This document shows positions 57,758 to 64,000 of a DNA stretch of 64,000 nt, piece after piece; positions within the stretch are counted from its first letter, which is position 1, and each line of letters starts with the position of its first letter. The notes beneath the pieces are model-generated. The model was not told the origin of the DNA, made no database searches, and saw only the letters and a program-made list of their open reading frames with translations. Source of the stretch: a candidate division WOR-3 bacterium (GTDB taxonomy: Bacteria > Hydrothermota > Hydrothermia > JBDRYB01); assembly GCA_039803205.1 (NCBI GenBank), contig JBDRYB010000007.1:2207-66206 (forward strand). Direction: 5' to 3'. A program made the translations under genes and the position numbers.

Positions 57758-59215
57758 ATGATCTTCAGGATAGAGGATCTTGAGAGGGCAGGGGATTATC
57801 TCTGGATGATAAGTCCAGAGAGGCTTAGTGGCATGAGGGTTCCTGGTTACATATACGCGTCGGACAGGATGATGAGCAGTATCCTTTCCGACAATGCTCC
57901 CCAACAGGTTGTAAATGTCGCTTGCCTCCCCGGCATAGTTAAGGCCTCAATTGCAATGCCTGACATACACTGGGGTTATGGGTTTCCCATAGGCGGGGTT
58001 GCGGCATTTGACCTGAAGGAAGGCGTCATATCACCCGGAGGGGTTGGCTATGACATCAACTGCGGAGTGAGGCTCATGACAACCAATCTGAGCCTCAAGG
58101 AGCTGAAACCGCGCCTGGAGAAGCTCCTGGACAAGATGTTTTCCCTGATCCCCTCCGGCGTTGGATCATCTGGGCAGATAAGCCTGCATGAGCGCCAGTT
58201 AGAAGAGGTAGCGCTGAGGGGTGCGGAATGGGCTGTCAATGAAAGGGGTTTTGGGTGGGATGATGACCTCCTTCACACCGAGGAAGGCGGGTGCATGGAT
58301 GGTGCGGACTTCGGAGCTGTAAGCGCGAAGGCGCGTCAGCGAGGCGCGCCCCAACTCGGAACTCTGGGGAGCGGCAATCATTTTCTTGAGATCCAGGAGA
58401 TAGATGAGGTCTACGATCCTGAAGCGGCCGAGGCCATGGGCCTCAGAAAGGGAACGGTAACCGTGATGATCCACACGGGTTCAAGGGGGTTTGGTCACCA
58501 GATAGCTGACGATTACATAAAGGTGATGAAGTCCGCTATGCGCAAATACGGCATAGAGGTGCCAGATATCCAGCTCGCCTGCGCTCCAGTTGATTCTAAA
58601 GAAGGGAAAAGCTACTTTGCGGCCATGGTTGCAGCGGCCAACTACGCGTGGGCAAACAGGCAGATAATAACCCACAGGGTCAGAGAGGCTTTCGCGGCCG
58701 TTTTCCTGGTCAAGCCAGAGGAATTAGGTCTTTCGCTCGTGTATGATGTGGCCCACAACATAGCCAAGAAGGAGACGCACCTCTTTGAAGGAAAGGAGAT
58801 CCAACTGATGGTTCACCGCAAGGGCGCGACGAGGGCCTTTCCGGCTGGCCATCCGGATGTCCCAGAGAAATACCGGAGCCTGGGACAGCCCGTTCTCATA
58901 CCCGGGGATATGGGCAGGTATTCATTCGTGCTCATAGGCCAGCCAAAGGCCATGGAATCCGCCTTTGGCTCAACCTGCCATGGAGCTGGAAGGGTCATGT
59001 CAAGGGCAAAGGCAACGAAAACCACAACACCCTCATCCGTGAAGAGGGCCCTTTCCGAGAGGGGAATAATGGTCCGAGCCCATACGGACGCCACGCTCAC
59101 TGAGGAGGTGCCTGAGGCATACAAGGATGTGGCTGATGTGGTGGAGGTCGTCCACTGCGTTGGGCTCGCGAGCAAGGTCGTCAGAATGAGGCCTGTTGCG
59201 GTGATAAAAGGCTAG
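57758..59215 (+). CDS. rtcB: RNA-splicing/repair ligase RtcB
   Basis: MPDIHWGYGFPIGG, GYDINCG, GSGNHF, HTGSRG, AHNIAK, HRKGAT, CHGAGR. Confidence 0.97.
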   Translation: MIFRIEDLERAGDYLWMISPERLSGMRVPGYIYASDRMMSSILSDNAPQQVVNVACLPGIVKASIAMPDIHWGYGFPIGGVAAFDLKEGVISPGGVGYDINCGVRLMTTNLSLKELKPRLEKLLDKMFSLIPSGVGSSGQISLHERQLEEVALRGAEWAVNERGFGWDDDLLHTEEGGCMDGADFGAVSAKARQRGAPQLGTLGSGNHFLEIQEIDEVYDPEAAEAMGLRKGTVTVMIHTGSRGFGHQIADDYIKVMKSAMRKYGIEVPDIQLACAPVDSKEGKSYFAAMVAAANYAWANRQIITHRVREAFAAVFLVKPEELGLSLVYDVAHNIAKKETHLFEGKEIQLMVHRKGATRAFPAGHPDVPEKYRSLGQPVLIPGDMGRYSFVLIGQPKAMESAFGSTCHGAGRVMSRAKATKTTTPSSVKRALSERGIMVRAHTDATLTEEVPEAYKDVADVVEVVHCVGLASKVVRMRPVAVIKG

Positions 59216-59354
59216 ATCTTGCCCCCTGCGTGGATCTGCAACCCTATCATACCAAGGAGCTCATTTCTTTGATTCCGCGGCGAGATCGCAAGAATATTGA
59301 TAACGCTTATGTAGCTTCCCTCTTCGTTATTCGTTGCTGAGAAGGAGGTGGCAA

Positions 59355-59384
59355 TTGACACGGGTGGTGCGCTTAGTTCATAAT
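59355..59384 (+). promoter_or_regulatory. Sigma70-like promoter
   Basis: TTGACA-18 nt-CATAAT upstream of SD AAGGAGG and ATG 59414. Confidence 0.6.
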
Positions 59385-59413
59385 TTGTCCCTGAGGCTTT
59401 AAGGAGGTTTTTT

Positions 59414-60316
59414 ATGTTTGGATATATCATAGCAGCGACCATAGGGCTCAGCGCGGAGCCCGCGAAGGTGGAGAATCCAGGCATACCAGGAAAGGACGAG
59501 CTCAGATACCACAGCCTATTTGAGGACGGCCGCGGGTATATCATTGGCTGGACATCCTATCCTGCGTATGTAGGCGTCAGGTTCAGGGTTCCTCTTTCCG
59601 GAGGCAACAACGCCATAAGGATAGACAGCGTGATGGTGAATTACAGGTGCTACACCACCGGGACCAAGGAGGATACCCTCTATATCTACGATGATGCCAC
59701 AGGGCCGAAACCAGGAAACCTGATACGCACCATACCCTTCCAGTTCAGCATAAACACGGCTGGGTGGTATGTGATCAATGTCCCTGACGGTATGGATACC
59801 CTCTACAAGGGAGCAACCGACACCGTCTTTCTGTGGACTGTTCAAACCGCGAGGAAGATCACTGGCGACACAATAAAGAGGGGAACTGATAGCTCAAACG
59901 CGGATCCATACACGACCGGATATAACTACTACAGCTTGGATGGCTCCACCTGGAATGACTTCTATGGTGCGATACCCTCGGTTCCCGGCATAGATTGGGT
60001 TTATACCCTCTGGTATAGCCCGCTGAATGTGGATGTGGCTGAACTCCCTTCGGTGAGCCACTTCTTCTTGCAGGGCGTATCCCCCAACCCCGTGAGGGGC
60101 AGGGCAAGGGTAAGTTTTGGCCTACCGACCGGTTCCCATGTTGACATAGCGGTATATGATGCTGGCGGCAGAAGAGTGATGACCGCTTTCTCAGGAGACC
60201 TTGGCCCAGGCGGGCACTCTGTTCCCCTTGAACTCGGGGGATTGAGCGAGGGCGTTTATTTCCTGAACCTGAGAGCTGGAACCGAGTCTTCTACCGCCAT
60301 GTTCATAGTGAAATAG
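59414..60316 (+). CDS. Secreted protein with T9SS-type CTD
   Basis: Signal-like N-terminus; VSPNP...VYDAGGRRV...LSEGVYFLNL CTD. Confidence 0.82.
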   Translation: MFGYIIAATIGLSAEPAKVENPGIPGKDELRYHSLFEDGRGYIIGWTSYPAYVGVRFRVPLSGGNNAIRIDSVMVNYRCYTTGTKEDTLYIYDDATGPKPGNLIRTIPFQFSINTAGWYVINVPDGMDTLYKGATDTVFLWTVQTARKITGDTIKRGTDSSNADPYTTGYNYYSLDGSTWNDFYGAIPSVPGIDWVYTLWYSPLNVDVAELPSVSHFFLQGVSPNPVRGRARVSFGLPTGSHVDIAVYDAGGRRVMTAFSGDLGPGGHSVPLELGGLSEGVYFLNLRAGTESSTAMFIVK

Positions 60317-60338
60317 CGGCGGCCTAACGAAAAACATG

Positions 60339-60364
60339 GCCTCCGGCTTAGCCGGAGGCTTTTT
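60339..60364 (+). terminator. Rho-independent terminator
   Basis: GCCTCCGGC-TTA-GCCGGAGGC followed by TTTTT, between convergent genes. Confidence 0.88.
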
Positions 60365-60379
60365 ATTCCAAAGTGTTTA

Positions 60380-60913
60380 TCAGGGCGCTATCACCAGGCC
60401 TCCGCCGCCCCGGAATATCGGGCCCGTAAGCGAGCCCTCTGAGAAGTCCCTCGCGTCCGGGCGGGCCGGAACGGTCATGTAATCAACACCGAGAACCAGA
60501 TCAACCCCCCATTTCCCGAATACCAACAAGGTGCCCAGGCTCGCTCCTCCCCCAAACCCCCAACTCGTGAACGATGTGTCAGGCCAACTGACCCACGAGT
60601 GGGGAGCACCGAGCTCAAGAAGGGCATATGGCTTGAAAACCGGAAGCCCCAGCAAAAGCCCTACCTGCACGAAAACAGGCATGGATGTGAGGGTGAGGGA
60701 GTCGTGCTCTTGCCTGAATGCCCAGAAATCTGCCCCATAGACCACGCTCGCGGGGCCAAAGGAGCTGTATGAGCCCAGGGCCCTTATCTCGCCAAATGGC
60801 CTCGGGGAAGGCTTTGCGCCAGGGACGAGGTCATCAAGCGAGGCCCCGCACATGAAATAAGAGGCACCGCCATCAATGGAGATATAGAAAGCTGAGAAAA
60901 GCAGAAGTGTCAT
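60380..60913 (-). CDS. Hypothetical outer-membrane beta-barrel-like protein
   Basis: Short signal, alternating Gly/aromatic beta strands; ATG 6 nt after TAGAAT. Confidence 0.6.
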   Translation of the reverse strand: MTLLLFSAFYISIDGGASYFMCGASLDDLVPGAKPSPRPFGEIRALGSYSSFGPASVVYGADFWAFRQEHDSLTLTSMPVFVQVGLLLGLPVFKPYALLELGAPHSWVSWPDTSFTSWGFGGGASLGTLLVFGKWGVDLVLGVDYMTVPARPDARDFSEGSLTGPIFRGGGGLVIAP

Positions 60914-60954
60914 GTGCAAATTCTAGAGCTGGGGCATGTTTTCTGGCAAAATGC

Positions 60955-61680
60955 TCACCCGAAAGCCCTCGTGAAATCAATCTCTGTGGCCCTGAACCAG
61001 GGGCCATCAGTGCATACCCTCAGATAGCCCCCTGAGATGACTGGTATGGCGCAAACGAGGCATGTCCCAACGCCGCAGGCCATCATTCCTTCCGCGAGGA
61101 CAACAACCCTCTCGGCCGGGATAACCTCAAGAAGGGCTTTTGTCATGGCCCAAGGGCCGCAGGCTATGTAAAGAGCCTCCGAGCTAAACCTTTTTTTCAC
61201 AAGCTCAACGACCGTTCCACCGTCGGGCGTGTTTTCATATATCACCTCAGGCCTCACATCCGAAAGGAGATCCAGGAGGCCCGGATTTCGCTCCGGGAGG
61301 CCCAGGAGCAATCTGGCCTCGTATCTCCGGGCGTAGAACGCCAGGGGCGCAACCCCAACCCCCCCGGCAACGAGAACGGGATCGTGGAGTTCTGGCAATG
61401 GTTTTCCAAGGGGCCCGGTCGCGAAAATCACATCGCCCTCTCTTAGCTCAGATAGGAGTTTCGTCGCCTTGCCCCTTATCTTCACCAGGAAAACAGCCTT
61501 CCCTTCTCCAGCATCAAAAACGCTCAGCGGCCTCGGAATGAGGGGATCATCTCCCCCAAAAGAAAGGGTAACGAACTGGCCTGGCATGGCTTCCGAGATA
61601 TGGTCCGATTCCAATGTCAGGACAAAGATACCGTCCTCAATGGCCCTGTTTCTCAGGACCCGAACCCGTTCCGAGAACAT
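60955..61680 (-). CDS. pyrK: Dihydroorotate dehydrogenase electron transfer subunit
   Basis: PGQFV, RPLSV, GPLG, AGGVGVAP, ACGP, MACGVGTCLVC, RVCTDGP. Confidence 0.9.
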   Translation of the reverse strand: MFSERVRVLRNRAIEDGIFVLTLESDHISEAMPGQFVTLSFGGDDPLIPRPLSVFDAGEGKAVFLVKIRGKATKLLSELREGDVIFATGPLGKPLPELHDPVLVAGGVGVAPLAFYARRYEARLLLGLPERNPGLLDLLSDVRPEVIYENTPDGGTVVELVKKRFSSEALYIACGPWAMTKALLEVIPAERVVVLAEGMMACGVGTCLVCAIPVISGGYLRVCTDGPWFRATEIDFTRAFG

Positions 61681-62977
61681 CTCCGAAGAGCCTCCTGGCT
61701 TCCCTGGCGTAGAGGGTCTGCGGGTATTTTTCCTGGAGCCTGGCATATTGAGCCCTCGCGGCTATGGTATCCGCCTTAACCCTGAGATAGTAGTGCATGA
61801 GCGCGTATATGGACTTGGGCGCGTAATCGGTTTTTGGATACTGCTCAGCTATTTCCGCGAATATGGCAATCGCCTCCTCATATCTCTTCAGATAGAGATA
61901 TGAAACCTCCGCGTACCTGTATCTCCCTGAGACGGATGAGGAATCCCTGAGCGCCTCCCACTCCCTCAGCGCATCAAGCCTCCTTCTGGCGAGAATCGGG
62001 TATTTGCCTCCGGTTAGCTTCCCGGCCTCAGCGTAAAACCCCTGGGCTACAGATAGGCTATCGGCTCCCTCGTATATAATCCCCATCCTGTAATATGCCT
62101 CAGCCTTGAACTCATAGCTACCCCCATCGGTAACGGCTTTGTAAAACGAAAGCGCTTCATCAGTCTTCCCCATTCCCTCCGCGGCTAGCCCCTTCTTTAT
62201 TAGGAGGGGCCACTGGAGCGTTGAACCCGGAGCCAAATCAACCGAGTTGTATATTCCGGCCGCCTTCTCGTAATCGCCAGCCGCATAGTAGATATCCCCC
62301 AGCAGGATGTTTATCTCAACCCTCTCGCTGTCAGTCAGAAAACCCGAAAGCAGTTCCCGGAGAAACCCAGCTCCCTCCTCGTATCTGCCGGATTCCTTCG
62401 CGGCCCTCGCCCCAACCAGGTAAGCCTCTTTCCTGTAAGGGCTTTTGGGGTATCTGGCCATGAAATCGGATATAACCTTTACAGCCTCAGATGGTTCGCC
62501 AGCTCCTAGAAGCGCTTCTGCCCTGAAGACCATAGCCTCGGATTCCAGCTTTGGGTCCCTCGCAACGGCCCTTGATAGCTGTTCAACCGCGTCGCGGTTC
62601 CGCCCGGATTCCAGGTATGCCTTACCTAGGTAAAGATGAGCCCGGGCCGCGAATGGGCTTGCGGGATAGTATAGCAGGAGCTCCTCAAACTTCTTTTGCG
62701 CCTTGGCCACATCATCCATTCTGAGATGTGAAACCCCTATTATGAAAAGGGCGTCATCCACATAGATGGACCTCGGATAATACTTGAGAACTCGCGAGCC
62801 CTTCTCTATTGCCTTTTGGTAATACTGCCTAGCCTCCCCTGGCCTCCCCTTTTTGTAAAGTGACTCTGCTTTTTTGAAGTTCTTCTCGCAGTTGTAGAAC
62901 GAGTTGTAGTAAGCCCAGAATGAGTGTCTCGGGATGCAGGATAAAGCGAGTATACCCAAAAAGGCTATCCGGCGCAC
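61637..62977 (-). CDS. Large TPR lipoprotein (SprE/PorW-like or BamD-like)
   Basis: Lipobox LALSC followed by AYYNSFYN, YP.S.Y.DDAL, many TPR units. Confidence 0.75.
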   Translation of the reverse strand: MRRIAFLGILALSCIPRHSFWAYYNSFYNCEKNFKKAESLYKKGRPGEARQYYQKAIEKGSRVLKYYPRSIYVDDALFIIGVSHLRMDDVAKAQKKFEELLLYYPASPFAARAHLYLGKAYLESGRNRDAVEQLSRAVARDPKLESEAMVFRAEALLGAGEPSEAVKVISDFMARYPKSPYRKEAYLVGARAAKESGRYEEGAGFLRELLSGFLTDSERVEINILLGDIYYAAGDYEKAAGIYNSVDLAPGSTLQWPLLIKKGLAAEGMGKTDEALSFYKAVTDGGSYEFKAEAYYRMGIIYEGADSLSVAQGFYAEAGKLTGGKYPILARRRLDALREWEALRDSSSVSGRYRYAEVSYLYLKRYEEAIAIFAEIAEQYPKTDYAPKSIYALMHYYLRVKADTIAARAQYARLQEKYPQTLYAREARRLFGDVLGTGSGPEKQGH

Positions 62978-63018
62978 CTCCAAATGTTAATCCAGGCGCA
63001 GGGGTGTTATCAACAACG

Positions 63019-63045
63019 AAAAGGCCTCGCAAGTGCGAGGCCTTT
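63019..63045 (-). terminator. Rho-independent terminator of the Omp28-like gene
   Basis: AAAGGCCTCGC-AAGT-GCGAGGCCTTT stem with T-tracts on both strands. Confidence 0.85.
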
Positions 63046-63063
63046 CCTTCTTGTAGATGGGTT

Positions 63064-63999
63064 TTACCTCACTATGTTCAGTGTTTTCGTGCCCATATCG
63101 GACCAGAGGACTGCTGTGTAGACGCCAGGCTTCAGGGATGGCAAGGAGACCTCGTGGGTGCCCGCAGAGAAGCGCCCTGAGGCCAGGGTGGTGACCTCAC
63201 GGCCAGCTATGTCGTATAGGGAGAGGCTCAGAGAGCTCTCCTCAGGAAGGCTGAAGAATAGCCTGCCGCCCTTGAGGAAGAGGTCAAGACCCGGAACCAA
63301 CACGGTGCTCTCTGATACGCCGAGGTCTATGAAGTGGACCTGCTTTGACTGAAGCGCCTCCTTTGTGGTGTAATATTGAACCCATATCGCCGCATCAAGG
63401 CTGTCCCGGTTCCATATTGTATCGGTTGAGGTCATCTTGTAGACAAGATGGAAATGCTGTTGTTCGCCAGCGTTAAACACGGTGAGGGAGTTTCCGGTTG
63501 TCTGAGAAAGCATGGTCCTGGTGAAGTAATCCGCTTTTGTCCCGTTTGAATTGGCCTGAATGTTTCTCTCCGTTATAACCGCGAAGAGCCTGGGTGAATA
63601 TGAAGAGTTTATGTTCTGCTCAAGAATTACATCGCAGTCCAGGAGGACGGAGTCGTTACTCAGCCTGGCGTTGACATTCTCTATCCTGAGAGGCGATGGG
63701 ATGGTCTTGCGGGAATTCACGCCTGACATATACCAGTTCAGGGTTTGGCCCACATCGGTGTAGGCGCCCGTGTCAGCTATGACGCCATCAATCCAAACCG
63801 TTGGAACATAGTAAATAGCGTAATAGCTGAACCTTACTCCAGCAGTCCCGCACCTACCTTGGATGTAGCTCATCACAGTGACCGTGTCCTTCATCAGCTT
63901 CTTCAGGCTATCTACGGCCATTATAGCATAGGGGCAGTATGGACATGTCCAGGTGGAGAACTCCTCAACCAGAACGGACCTCTGCGCGGCTAAGGCACT
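63064..63999 (-). CDS. Omp28-related thioredoxin-fold protein with T9SS-type CTD (5' truncated by window edge)
   Basis: Frame open to the window end, reading ...VLVEEFSTWTCPYCP before the listed Met; VPTVWIDG; CTD LYDIAGREV...LKPGVYT. Confidence 0.85.
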   Translation of the reverse strand, partial: SALAAQRSVLVEEFSTWTCPYCPYAIMAVDSLKKLMKDTVTVMSYIQGRCGTAGVRFSYYAIYYVPTVWIDGVIADTGAYTDVGQTLNWYMSGVNSRKTIPSPLRIENVNARLSNDSVLLDCDVILEQNINSSYSPRLFAVITERNIQANSNGTKADYFTRTMLSQTTGNSLTVFNAGEQQHFHLVYKMTSTDTIWNRDSLDAAIWVQYYTTKEALQSKQVHFIDLGVSESTVLVPGLDLFLKGGRLFFSLPEESSLSLSLYDIAGREVTTLASGRFSAGTHEVSLPSLKPGVYTAVLWSDMGTKTLNIVR

Positions 64000-64000
64000 G

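Noticed and set aside
59212-59544. 110-aa minus-strand ORF between rtcB and the CTD gene
   Set aside because: Overlaps the promoter and 5' end of 59414-60316, has no recognisable domain or RBS
63921-63999. Selenocysteine in the Omp28-like redox motif or elsewhere
   Set aside because: The motif is encoded TGT-CCA-TAC-TGC; I saw no in-frame TGA at a redox motif, and the 1708 sORF ends in TGA TAA
1-64000. tRNA, rRNA, riboswitch, IS or prophage elements
   Set aside because: No cloverleaf or T-loop context, rRNA motifs, transposase, integrase or phage genes recognised; the TonB receptor leader is too short for a cobalamin riboswitch. An Infernal/tRNAscan run would be needed to exclude them fully

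Overview
Bacterial chromosomal window, GC-rich and densely coding (about 55 CDS). I found no rRNA, tRNA, CRISPR array, transposase, integrase or phage genes. Housekeeping and envelope genes (gmhA, rmlA/rmlD-like, heptose kinase, hisC-like, queH, frr, uppS, ispA, fabH, a divergent dnaA, purH, lon-clpX-clpP, rtcB, pyrK) are interspersed with about 10 secreted proteins ending in a T9SS/Por-type C-terminal sorting domain, several TPR proteins and a TonB-dependent receptor. This suggests a diderm FCB-group organism, possibly WOR-3-like (inference only). The most notable signals are: (1) a 35-bp promoter motif in four copies driving a cluster of secreted-protein genes, two copies forming an inverted pair; (2) pervasive apparently leaderless genes (-10 box 6-9 nt before the start codon), whereas most secreted-protein genes have strong Shine-Dalgarno sites; (3) a DnaA with an altered DNA-recognition helix, preceded by a 21-bp direct repeat resembling an altered DnaA box; (4) an archaeal-type glycerol-1-phosphate dehydrogenase homologue coupled to fabH and ispA; (5) tandem paralogues with conserved ends and a diverged core. 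All calls come from reading the sequence by eye; no database searches were run.
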